Below, piece by piece: positions 1 through 8,116 of a DNA stretch of 35,481 bases. The first letter of the stretch is position 1, and each line of letters begins with the position of its first letter. The stretch is from IMG/VR virus record IMGVR_UViG_3300005069_000003, positions 1-35,481 of that record; one strand, written 5' to 3'. The notes below the pieces were generated by a model. It was not told where the DNA came from. It saw only the letters and a list, made by a program, of their open reading frames with translations, and made no database searches. Origin of the DNA: a virus. The position numbers were made by a program, and so were the translations under genes.

Positions 1-53
1 CCTTAGTTTGTCTCATTTTAGAGACATTTTTGCTACAGATAAGCCCCTAAAAT
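1..53. repeat. Terminal overlap, identical to 35429-35481 (circular closure or terminal redundancy)
   Basis: Direct reading: ccttagtttgtctcattttagagacatttttgctacagataagcccctaaaat occurs at both window ends. Confidence 0.9.
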
Positions 54-160
54 GGGGGTAAAATGCAAGTGTAAATTAAATGGTGTAAATTTTATAATGG
101 CTCTAGGCTTAGGTTTGGAAGGGTTTATTACACTTGTACACTTCTTTTATACTTTTAACT

Positions 161-176
161 AGAGAGAGAGAGAGAG
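161..176. repeat. (AG)8 microsatellite
   Basis: agagagagagagagag read directly. Confidence 0.95.
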
Positions 177-208
177 TGTTATATATATAAGAAGGCTGGA
201 GAATAGAA

Positions 209-224
209 ACAGCTGTACAGCTGT
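209..224. repeat. 16-bp perfect palindrome ACAGCTGTACAGCTGT (two tandem PvuII-type palindromes)
   Basis: The sequence equals its own reverse complement. Confidence 0.9.
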
Positions 225-231
225 ATAAGTG

Positions 232-274
232 TAGCAAGTTATAACAAAGTACCTTTTTCATAACTTTTAGTTAT
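232..274 (+). repeat. Right arm of duplicated non-coding element, copy A; matches 11946-11988
   Basis: 43 nt with 1 mismatch (250/11964). Contains the GTTATAAC palindrome and the ATAACT-TTT-AGTTAT inverted repeat. In copy A it runs on into the 12-bp palindrome AGTTATATAACT (269-280). Confidence 0.85.
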
Positions 275-328
275 ATAACTTGAATGTGGATAATTCGCCC
301 ATTACGATAGAAAAAAGAGGGGAAACCC

Positions 329-357
329 TTGCATTAAGAACCAGAACGTGCTATAAT
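329..357 (+). promoter_or_regulatory. Sigma70-type promoter for late block 1: TTGCAT-N17-TGcTATAAT
   Basis: TTGCAT at 329-334, 17-bp spacer, TATAAT at 352-357 preceded by TGC (extended -10). It lies 34 bp upstream of the first plus-strand ORF. Confidence 0.6.
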
Positions 358-390
358 TTAAACTAATAAAAGTGTGTAAAAAAATGAAAC

Positions 391-771
391 GTGGGTAAAA
401 AGCTGAACGATGGTCGAAGTCCAGGCTCTGGGCGCACAGTTGGCTCCTTGAACAAGGTCACAAACGCAACACGCGAAGCTGCTATGGCTAGCGGCTTACT
501 CCCCCACGAATGGCTGCTCAAGGTAGCGCGCGGCGATGCGATAGAACATACCACGGTGGTCGATGTTTACGACGCACAAGGTAACGTTATTGATCGCCGC
601 AAAGTAACCATTGATCATTACGCTACTTTCTCCGAGCGAATCGATTGTGCCAAGGCTGCCGCGTCCTATTACGCACCCAAACTTGGCGCCCAAATGGTAG
701 CCGTCAATAATGACGGTGGATTCGACTTTGTCGGCATCTTAGACACTTTATCCAAAAAACTTCCGGGGTGA
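391..771 (+). CDS. terS: Terminase small subunit (putative)
   Basis: 126-aa ORF directly upstream of the large terminase. N-terminal GRSPGSGRTVGSLNK and C-terminal AKAAASYYAPKLGAQ resemble small-terminase family motifs. GTG start with no clear SD, so the start is uncertain (next in-frame ATG at 484). Confidence 0.55.
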   Translation: MGKKLNDGRSPGSGRTVGSLNKVTNATREAAMASGLLPHEWLLKVARGDAIEHTTVVDVYDAQGNVIDRRKVTIDHYATFSERIDCAKAAASYYAPKLGAQMVAVNNDGGFDFVGILDTLSKKLPG

Positions 772-778
772 TATAACT

Positions 779-2128
779 TTGAGTAATATAGACACGAACA
801 AAGCGCTAAGTCGCTGGTACCCCCTGATTGACCACCCAACACAGTTGGCTTTAATCAATGATAACGTGCGTTTCAAGGTCGTTGCTGCTGGGCGGCGGAG
901 TGGTAAGACAGAAAGGGCTAAGCGCTTTGTTGTAAAACAGGCATTCAGTGTACCCCACCATTACTTCATCGCCGCACCAACCCGTGATCAGGTTGAAAGA
1001 ATTTACTGGCAAGATTTAAAAGCGTTGTGTTTGTGCGACATATTCCCAAAAAACACAGTAAAAATATCAGAAAAACACCTTACACTCTTTTTGCCTAACG
1101 GCGCTGAAATAACTTTGATTGGGTTAGACCGCCCCCAACGGATGGAAGGTATTTTGTGGGGCGGTGGCGTCATCGATGAGATCGCCGACGTCAAGGCTGA
1201 AGCCTGGGATGCGAACATCAAGCCAGCGCTTGACACATTCAACCCACTTTACCCCCAACACCGCGCTTGGTGTTGGCTTATTGGTGTTCCGGATGGACTA
1301 AATCACTACTACGACAAAGCCCAACACGCGCAGCATTCTGGTGATCCTGATTGGAAGTTCTATACGTGGTTCAGCAGTGACATTCTACCTCCCGACGTCA
1401 TAGCTGCAGCCCGTCGTAGCATGCCCCCTAAACTCTTCAAGCAAGAGTATGAAGCCTCATTTGAGACTTCAAACGGTCGTATTTATGAAGACTATGGTAC
1501 ACAGAACTTAACAAATGAAACTATACAACCACACGAACAACTTATGTGGTTCCATGACTTCAACTTCACCCCATTAAGCAGTGGGATTGGTGTGCGCCGA
1601 GGTCAAAGCCTCTACTGTTTGGATGAGATCATACTCACTAGCGCCATTGCGCGCCAAAGCGCGGAAGAGTTCGTTAACAAGTTCAAAGATCATGAAAATA
1701 AAAACGTTATCATCTATGGCGACCCGGCAGGTCGCGCAGGTGAAAAGCACGGACACGCGTCCGACTATACAGAGATCGAAGCGGTATTGCGCCGTGCTGG
1801 TTGGAAGCTAGAACGTCGGGTCAAGAACGCAGCCCCAGCCATCCGTGATCGCCAGAACGCTGTGCGCACTAAGATACTAAACGCCGAGGGTTTAATTACT
1901 TTGTTTGTTAACCAGCACAAATGCCCTTACACCCACAAAGGGCTCAGCACTGTGAGCGTTAAGCAAGGGTCAACGTTCTTAGAGGTCGAAGATGACTATC
2001 AGCACATCACCACGGCGGTCGGTTATTGCATTGATTTTGAGTGGCAGGTACGCCGTGAAAACACCCCCACATTCATTCAACCATTACCTTCAGTCAACTA
2101 CTATAATAACGGAGGTCGGACTTTATGA
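779..2128 (+). CDS. terL: Terminase large subunit
   Basis: 449 aa. Walker A AAGRRSGKT and Walker B-like VIDEIAD. TTG at 779 is the only in-frame start upstream of the P-loop, because there is an in-frame stop at 770-772. Confidence 0.85.
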   Translation: MSNIDTNKALSRWYPLIDHPTQLALINDNVRFKVVAAGRRSGKTERAKRFVVKQAFSVPHHYFIAAPTRDQVERIYWQDLKALCLCDIFPKNTVKISEKHLTLFLPNGAEITLIGLDRPQRMEGILWGGGVIDEIADVKAEAWDANIKPALDTFNPLYPQHRAWCWLIGVPDGLNHYYDKAQHAQHSGDPDWKFYTWFSSDILPPDVIAAARRSMPPKLFKQEYEASFETSNGRIYEDYGTQNLTNETIQPHEQLMWFHDFNFTPLSSGIGVRRGQSLYCLDEIILTSAIARQSAEEFVNKFKDHENKNVIIYGDPAGRAGEKHGHASDYTEIEAVLRRAGWKLERRVKNAAPAIRDRQNAVRTKILNAEGLITLFVNQHKCPYTHKGLSTVSVKQGSTFLEVEDDYQHITTAVGYCIDFEWQVRRENTPTFIQPLPSVNYYNNGGRTL

Positions 2129-4227
2129 AAGGCAACGTAGACTTACACGCCGAGATCATAAAGCGTTTTGACGCTGCACAAACAGCTGTGCGCGATGAGC
2201 GTGAACAATGTATTGAAGACCGACGATTTTATTCAATTGCCGGCGCACAATGGGAAGGTTCATTATCCGATCAGTTCCAAAATAAGCCTAAATTTGAGGT
2301 GAATAAGATACATTTATCGGTGATTCGTATCTTCAATGAATATCGTAACAACCGCATCACGGTTAACTTCATCCCTAAGGATGGATCAGATAACGATAAG
2401 CTATCAGAAACGTGTGCAAGTCTATACCGGGCAGATGAGCAGGATTCGGTAGCCGAAGAAGCTTATGATAACGCCTTTGAGGAAGCTGTAGGTGGTGGTT
2501 TTGGTGCTTGGCGACTTCGTACTAAGTACGAAGACGATGAAGACGATGAAGATGATAGGCAACGTATATGCATTGAACCAATCTATGACGCGGATTCATC
2601 GGTGTTCTTTGATGCCAATTCTAAACGATATGATAAGTCCGACGCACAATACTGCTTTGTAGTAACCTCGTACACCGAGGATGCGTACATTGAAGAGTTT
2701 GGTGGTGAAGTACCATCATCACTCCCCCAATCAATCACAAGCACGACTTACGACTGGGTTGTGGATGATGTGATCCGTGTCGCCGAGTACTACGTGGTCG
2801 AAGAAACCAAAGAAAAAGTACTAATATTTGAGGGCGTTACAGGTGAAGAAGTAAGGCACACGGAATCAGAGCTTAAAGAAGATGAAAGCCTAGCCGATAT
2901 CCTACAAGCCACAGGGTACACTAAAGTAGGTCAAAAGAAAGTTAAACGCCGCCGCGTACGTAAGTACATTGTGGATGGTCAAAAGATCATCGAAGATTGT
3001 GGCTACCTAGTAGGTAAACATATTCCCATCGTCCCCATGTACGGTAAGCGCTGGGTGGTCGATGGTATCGAACGTTGCATGGGACATGTTCGCCTATCTA
3101 AAGATGCGCAACGTTTGAAGAACATGCAAATATCTAAGATTGGTGAGATCGCGGGGCTTAGTGCTACGAGTAAACCTGTTTTTGTTGCAGAGCAGATGGT
3201 GGGACGTGAGCAGATGTGGGCGGATGACAACGTAATGAACTTCCCATACCTATTAATCAATTCATTGAAGGATGGTGGTGGTAACCTAATGCCCGCACAA
3301 CCAGCAATGTATACTAAACCACCCGAGATTCCACCAGCTATGGCTGCATTAGTCCAGCTTACTGAAGCCGATATGCAAGATATGTTAGGTAACCAACAAG
3401 CTGGCGAGCAAATTCAACCAAATATAAGTGGTAAAGCAATTGAGTTAATCCAAAATAAATTGGATATGCAAAGTTTTATTTACATGGACAATATGTCTAA
3501 ATCTGTTAAGCGTTGTGGTGAAATTTGGCTGTCTATGGCTAAGGACGTATTCAAAGAGCACGGGCGCAAGGTCAAAGGTTTAGGTTCAAACGATGAACCA
3601 CAGTCTATAGAGCTTATGAAGCGCACAGTCTCCGAGGATGGTGAACTAACCATGGAGAATAACTTAAGTGATGGTGACTTTGATGTCTCTGTGGATGTTG
3701 GGGCTAGTTCTATGAGTAAGCGCCAGACAACAGTACGAAACCTTATGGGTATGCTCCAGATTACGCAAGACCCCGAGACCACTCAAGTGCTTGGCGCTAT
3801 GGCTATGATGAACATGGAAGGTGAGGGTATATCTGATGTCCGCGACTTCTTCCGCCAAAAATTAGTGCGCATGGGCGCTATTAAACCGACCGAGGAAGAA
3901 CTTAAAACAATTCAACAAGAACAACAGAACCAGGCCCCTGACCCGCAAGCACAGTTCCTACAGGCTTCAGCCCAACAGGCAGAGGCGCAGGCAGCTAAGG
4001 CAAGGGCAGATACTGTGCTAACTATGGCTAAGTCCGAAGAGACCAAAGCCAAGACAGCACAAACACTAAGTAACATGGATTTATCGCATCGAAAAAGCTT
4101 AATGGAAGCATTAAAGTTTGCTGATGAGGTAGCCACTAAAAATCAAACTATCAGTGGGGTTGGTGAGTCGCCAAGCGCTGATTATTTGACCGGTGCAGCC
4201 GTTGGGGCACCTGAAAACCGCCAATGA
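2125..4227 (+). CDS. Portal protein (P22-type size class)
   Basis: 700 aa. ATGA overlap with the terminase stop and a GGAGG SD. Position after TerL. Long helical Q/A-rich C-terminus as in P22-like portals. Confidence 0.8.
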   Translation: MKGNVDLHAEIIKRFDAAQTAVRDEREQCIEDRRFYSIAGAQWEGSLSDQFQNKPKFEVNKIHLSVIRIFNEYRNNRITVNFIPKDGSDNDKLSETCASLYRADEQDSVAEEAYDNAFEEAVGGGFGAWRLRTKYEDDEDDEDDRQRICIEPIYDADSSVFFDANSKRYDKSDAQYCFVVTSYTEDAYIEEFGGEVPSSLPQSITSTTYDWVVDDVIRVAEYYVVEETKEKVLIFEGVTGEEVRHTESELKEDESLADILQATGYTKVGQKKVKRRRVRKYIVDGQKIIEDCGYLVGKHIPIVPMYGKRWVVDGIERCMGHVRLSKDAQRLKNMQISKIGEIAGLSATSKPVFVAEQMVGREQMWADDNVMNFPYLLINSLKDGGGNLMPAQPAMYTKPPEIPPAMAALVQLTEADMQDMLGNQQAGEQIQPNISGKAIELIQNKLDMQSFIYMDNMSKSVKRCGEIWLSMAKDVFKEHGRKVKGLGSNDEPQSIELMKRTVSEDGELTMENNLSDGDFDVSVDVGASSMSKRQTTVRNLMGMLQITQDPETTQVLGAMAMMNMEGEGISDVRDFFRQKLVRMGAIKPTEEELKTIQQEQQNQAPDPQAQFLQASAQQAEAQAAKARADTVLTMAKSEETKAKTAQTLSNMDLSHRKSLMEALKFADEVATKNQTISGVGESPSADYLTGAAVGAPENRQ

Positions 4228-4243
4228 GTTAAGGAGTTACAAA

Positions 4244-4300
4244 ATGAAAAAATACTTTTACATTAATACAGACAAATCAACAGATATAAAAGATGCACAA
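4244..4300 (+). repeat. 57-nt segment identical to the reverse complement of 34930-34986 (first 19 codons)
   Basis: atgaaaaaatacttttacattaatacagacaaatcaacagatataaaagatgcacaa is present on both strands, 57/57. Confidence 0.95.
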
Positions 4301-5173
4301 GATGATGATTTTCAAGAGGTGGAACCTAGTGAAAAACTAGATGATACCCCCGCTGAAGCACAAGATGACGTGGATAGCCAAGATACTGAATCAGATACCG
4401 ATGGTACAGAAACAGAAGACTTGGTTAGTATCGGTGACGAAGTTGTCAATGCGGATGACGATGAAGACCATGAGCAGGGTACGAAAGCGCCGCCATGGGT
4501 AACAGAGTTACGCAAAGAGGTTAGAACTTTAAAACGCGAGAAGAAAGAGCGTGAGCGGTTAGACCGCGAGCGTCAGATACCGGCTACTCAACCCAAAGAG
4601 ACTTTAGCCTTAGGTAATAAACCTAAGATTGACGACTTTGATTATGATAGTGACGCCTATGAGGCTGCACTAGATGGTTGGTACACACGTAAACAAACTG
4701 TAGAAGCGCAAGCACGACAAATCGAAGCTGCTAGAGAAGCACAAACTAGAGAATGGCAACAAAAGCTATCTTCTTACGAAGATAAGAAAACCAAGCTTAA
4801 AGTACGAGACTTCGAAGATGCTGAAGCTGTTATCTTAGAAAATTTATCAGAAGCACAACAAGGAATCATACTCAATGGTGCGGATAACCCTGCATTATTA
4901 GTATATGCACTTGGTAAAAACGAAGCAAAAGCTAAAGAGTTGGCTAAAACCACAGATTTAGTGAAATTTGCATTCAACGTAGCGAAATTGGAGAGTCAAT
5001 TGAAGGTAACCCAAAAAAGGATTCCAGAGCCTGAAAAAGTAGTCGGTGGTAGCAGTGCTTCCCCAACGAAAAATCAGAACTCAACACTAGAAAAACTTGA
5101 AGCAGAGGCTTTACGTACAGGCGATCGAACAAAAGTGATTGCCTTTAAAAGGCAAATGTTCAAGAAAGAGTAA
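4244..5173 (+). CDS. Scaffolding-like protein (acidic N-terminal half, charged coiled-coil C-terminal half)
   Basis: Lies between portal and capsid genes. AAGGAG at 4232-4237 sits 6 nt before ATG 4244, so 4244 is preferred over the track start 4193, which lies inside the portal gene. D/E-rich low-complexity region followed by K/E/A/Q helices. Confidence 0.6.
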   Translation: MKKYFYINTDKSTDIKDAQDDDFQEVEPSEKLDDTPAEAQDDVDSQDTESDTDGTETEDLVSIGDEVVNADDDEDHEQGTKAPPWVTELRKEVRTLKREKKERERLDRERQIPATQPKETLALGNKPKIDDFDYDSDAYEAALDGWYTRKQTVEAQARQIEAAREAQTREWQQKLSSYEDKKTKLKVRDFEDAEAVILENLSEAQQGIILNGADNPALLVYALGKNEAKAKELAKTTDLVKFAFNVAKLESQLKVTQKRIPEPEKVVGGSSASPTKNQNSTLEKLEAEALRTGDRTKVIAFKRQMFKKE

Positions 5174-5201
5174 TTAATTTTTTATTATATAAGGAGGCTT
5201 T

Positions 5202-6467
5202 ATGCCTAATGCTTTTAATAAGCAAGACACAGTGTTTTTCGATGAAGTACTAATGGGGTTTGAAGATGCCTTGGTAGCTACGGAAATGTGCAAGGTGTAT
5301 AACACCAACCCACAGGTTATGGAACGCTCTGGTGACACATTTTGGAGACCGATGCCCTACATTGCGGAGTCTTTTAATGGTACCGACATGACCAGTAATT
5401 TCAGAGATTACACCCAGTTATCCGTACCAGCATCTTTAAACTTTGATAAAAGTGTGCCGTGGGTTCTAACTGAAAAAGAACTACGCGACGCTATGCAAGA
5501 GGGTGGTATCAAAGATGCTGCGGTGCAACGCCTTTCAAGCGACATTAACAAGGCTGTTTTGGATAACGTTTGCTCTCAAGGATCGTTAGTTGTAAAACGC
5601 ACTGTGGCGGCTACGGGTTATGATGATTTTGCTCCGGCTAGAGTTGCCCTTACAGAGAACGGGGTGGCTCAATCGGATCGTATAGCCGCAGTTACAGCCG
5701 ATGCGTACAGTACTATGGCGGGTAATTTAGGTGCTAGACAAACCGTGGCAGGTAAGGTTTTATCCGCGTACGAAGAATCAAAAATTGGTCGTGTAGCGGG
5801 GTTCGATGTATTTGAGCTTGATTATGGTTATAATTTATTAGCAGCCTCCGGTACTTCCGTAACAATAAATGGTGCTAACCAATACCACGTACCCAAAGCT
5901 ACTGTAACCACCTCAAACGGCACTAATAACGTTGATAACCGGTACCAGAATCTAACGGTTACTGTATCCTCTGGTACTATACGCGTAGGTGATGCGTTCA
6001 CCATCGCCGGCGTGAACAATGTACACCAAATTGCTAAAACTGATACTGGTAAACGTAAAACGTTCCGTGTTACCGCGATCATCAGTGGTGGCGGTGGTTC
6101 TGGGGTGATTCAAATTACACCACCCATTATCTCTAATGGTGGTAACACCGCAGCAGAAGCGCAGTATAAAAATGTATCCGTTACTCCAGCAAATGGCGCA
6201 GCAATTACATGGTTAAATACTGTTACAGCACAAGCTAACCCGTTTTGGCATAAAAGCTCCATTGAGTTGTTGCCTGGGGTAATGCCAAAAATGGATAATG
6301 CTGGGGTGGCTCGCATGGAAGCAAAAACCGAGCGAGGTTTTCAACTACGTATGACTAAGTTTTTTGACATTAACCTAAATGTTATGAAATATCGTTTGGA
6401 TGCGACATACGGGGTAACCAACCTTAACCCGCAAATGAATGGCATCATTTTATTTAACCAAACCTAA
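5202..6467 (+). CDS. Major capsid protein (P22 coat-like)
   Basis: 421 aa. AAGGAGG SD. N-terminus MPNAFNKQDTVFFDEV...FWRPMP resembles the P22 gp5 coat family. Position after the scaffold-like gene. Confidence 0.75.
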   Translation: MPNAFNKQDTVFFDEVLMGFEDALVATEMCKVYNTNPQVMERSGDTFWRPMPYIAESFNGTDMTSNFRDYTQLSVPASLNFDKSVPWVLTEKELRDAMQEGGIKDAAVQRLSSDINKAVLDNVCSQGSLVVKRTVAATGYDDFAPARVALTENGVAQSDRIAAVTADAYSTMAGNLGARQTVAGKVLSAYEESKIGRVAGFDVFELDYGYNLLAASGTSVTINGANQYHVPKATVTTSNGTNNVDNRYQNLTVTVSSGTIRVGDAFTIAGVNNVHQIAKTDTGKRKTFRVTAIISGGGGSGVIQITPPIISNGGNTAAEAQYKNVSVTPANGAAITWLNTVTAQANPFWHKSSIELLPGVMPKMDNAGVARMEAKTERGFQLRMTKFFDINLNVMKYRLDATYGVTNLNPQMNGIILFNQT

Positions 6468-6500
6468 TACCTTGGTATGGGCTTAACTGCCCATACTCCC

Positions 6501-6520
6501 ACAATACAATACAATACAAT
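6501..6520. repeat. (ACAAT)4 pentanucleotide repeat in the capsid-downstream spacer
   Basis: acaatacaatacaatacaat read directly. Confidence 0.9.
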
Positions 6521-6539
6521 AGAACTTGAAGGAGTTTTT

Positions 6540-6842
6540 ATGAGAGAAGATAGAATGTTATACAAGCACCCCGGCACTGAGCAGATGCATAATGGGTTTT
6601 TTGAAATATTAATCGTAGATGAAGCCGCACCCGGCGAATTACAAGCAGCCTTAAAAGATGGTTGGAGTTTAACTACCACAGAGGCGTTAGCACGCAGTGA
6701 GGCAGAGGTACAGGCAGCCATTGAGGCAGAGATACGTAAACCTAAGAAAGTTGTAAAAGTAGAGGGTACTGTTGCGGCTGGGTACACCGCCGCTTTAGGT
6801 TACGTTGCTGTAGGCTACGAATCCCCGATTGTAGGCACTTAA
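6540..6842 (+). CDS. Hypothetical head-module protein (100 aa)
   Basis: AAGGAG at 6529-6534 sits 5 nt before ATG 6540, so 6540 is preferred over the track start 6477. Confidence 0.6.
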   Translation: MREDRMLYKHPGTEQMHNGFFEILIVDEAAPGELQAALKDGWSLTTTEALARSEAEVQAAIEAEIRKPKKVVKVEGTVAAGYTAALGYVAVGYESPIVGT

Positions 6843-6843
6843 C

Positions 6844-7320
6844 ATGGGGTGGACTAAGAAACAACTAATCACGCAGGCATTCGAAGAGATAGGGCTATCT
6901 GCTAGCATTTATGATATTACACCAGCTCAATTAGAAACGGCGGCGAATAAACTCAATGCAATGATGGCTTCCTGGTCACTAAGCGGTGTGCGTGTCGGTT
7001 GGGCTAGTCCATCTAGTCAAGCGTTGAATGATATTAATCAAGATTCGCTGGCACCAGACTACGCCAATGAGGCGATATACACAAACCTAGCGGTTAGGTT
7101 GTCGTCTTCTTTCGGTAAAGTCGTGTCTCCAGAGCTTAGAGCATTGTCCATGGCTAGCTATAGTGACTTAGTCAATGCTTTAACTGGTGACCCTCCGGAA
7201 TCACAACTACCTAGCACGTTGCCTATAGGTGCCGGGTACAAGCGGCGGTACTATAAATACTTCCCACAACAACAGGCACCATTATTAGCAGATGATGGGC
7301 AAGAACTAACATTTGAATAA
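6844..7320 (+). CDS. Head-to-tail adaptor, P22 gp4-like
   Basis: 158 aa. QLITQAFEEIGLSA...LETAANKLNAMMASW, AIYTNLAVRL and YKYFPQQ follow the order of the P22 gp4 motifs (recalled from memory, not searched). Confidence 0.6.
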   Translation: MGWTKKQLITQAFEEIGLSASIYDITPAQLETAANKLNAMMASWSLSGVRVGWASPSSQALNDINQDSLAPDYANEAIYTNLAVRLSSSFGKVVSPELRALSMASYSDLVNALTGDPPESQLPSTLPIGAGYKRRYYKYFPQQQAPLLADDGQELTFE

Positions 7321-7328
7321 AGGTCATT

Positions 7329-7784
7329 ATGCCAACAATCAATCAATTATCTAGTGTCGATACTATATCGTCTACTGATCAGGTGCCTATTTACAGTGGT
7401 ACCAATGGGGACGCCCGCAAGGCATCTTTTAACACAGTTACCAGTTACTTATCTGGTAAAATAACATCTGTGGATCGTATGGTTACTCAATACTCCGCCC
7501 CCTCCGCAACGGGTTTTACGGCTAATGTGTATGATGGTGCTACAAGTATCTGGCTTATTTTAACGCCAACTGGTACAATGGCTACAGGCACAATTAAGTT
7601 GCCAACAAATACCAATTGTGTAGACCGCCAAGAGGTTTTAGTAAACTGCACCCAAATCGTGACAACTCTTACATTAAATGGTAACGGCGCTACGGTAACA
7701 GGTGCACCATCTACCTTAGCTGCAAATGGATTTTTTAGACTACGTTATGACGCAGTTACGTCTACATGGTATAGAATAGGTTAA
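7329..7784 (+). CDS. Hypothetical virion protein (151 aa)
   Basis: N-terminus MPTINQLSSVDTISSTDQVPIY..GDARKAS is of a type common at the N-termini of phage tail or fibre proteins. Lies in the structural operon. Confidence 0.5.
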   Translation: MPTINQLSSVDTISSTDQVPIYSGTNGDARKASFNTVTSYLSGKITSVDRMVTQYSAPSATGFTANVYDGATSIWLILTPTGTMATGTIKLPTNTNCVDRQEVLVNCTQIVTTLTLNGNGATVTGAPSTLAANGFFRLRYDAVTSTWYRIG

Positions 7785-7812
7785 TTGACCTACAACATAA
7801 AAGGATAAAAAT

Positions 7813-8112
7813 ATGGCTACACAACAGCCTTTCTGCCCTCACTACGGTAGTGGGATAACAGTATCCGTGGGGTCATCTACGGGGGCATCTACAATACCAA
7901 CTGGTACATCCACTGTTTGTATAACCTCTAAGAACTCGGTTCTATGTTACGTACGTATTGGTGCTCCAGGTGTGACAGCTACAACAGCAGACTACCCTGT
8001 ACCGCCGAACCAACAGGTCACAATTACACGTGATCCAGAACATAATACTATTGCTTACATCGCTCCTGCTACTGGCGGCGACCTTCAAATTATGGTTGGT
8101 AGTGGGTTTTAA
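7813..8112 (+). CDS. Hypothetical virion protein (99 aa)
   Basis: AAGGA SD. Beta-rich composition. Lies in the structural operon. Confidence 0.5.
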   Translation: MATQQPFCPHYGSGITVSVGSSTGASTIPTGTSTVCITSKNSVLCYVRIGAPGVTATTADYPVPPNQQVTITRDPEHNTIAYIAPATGGDLQIMVGSGF

Positions 8113-8116
8113 ATAG

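Larger units (their letters stand above)
54..231. other. About 177-bp repeat-rich segment that interrupts copy A of the duplicated element and is absent from copy B
   Basis: Copy B is contiguous (aaaaTGtagcaag). Copy A has aaaaTGgggg...taagTGtagcaag. The insert carries GTGTAAATT x2 (69-90), (AG)8 at 161-176, an (AT) run at 181-189 and the 16-bp perfect palindrome ACAGCTGTACAGCTGT at 209-224. Confidence 0.8.

Noticed and set aside
1-53. Treating the 53-bp end identity as proof of a biological direct terminal repeat
   Set aside because: Sequence alone cannot distinguish this from a circular-assembly overlap. A third copy of the same 53 bp lies inside the 157-bp element at 11892-11944, which also warns that this repeat could confuse assembly.
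70-98. Possible plus-strand promoter TGTAAA-N17-TATAAT inside the 177-bp insert
   Set aside because: The -35 hexamer is poor, there is no TGn extension, and there is no downstream ORF. It is mentioned only as part of the insert finding.
363-693. Minus-strand ORFs 363-554 and 496-693 opposite the small terminase. The many short antisense ORFs in the structural arm (for example 1003-1242, 3003-3260, 3480-3858, 5828-6082, 6464-6787, 12282-12560, 12788-13102, 18389-18730) are the same case
   Set aside because: They overlap better-supported plus-strand genes, with no RBS and no operon context.
4193-4243. Track start (ATG 4193) for the scaffold-like ORF
   Set aside because: It lies inside the portal gene with no RBS, whereas ATG 4244 has AAGGAG at ideal spacing.
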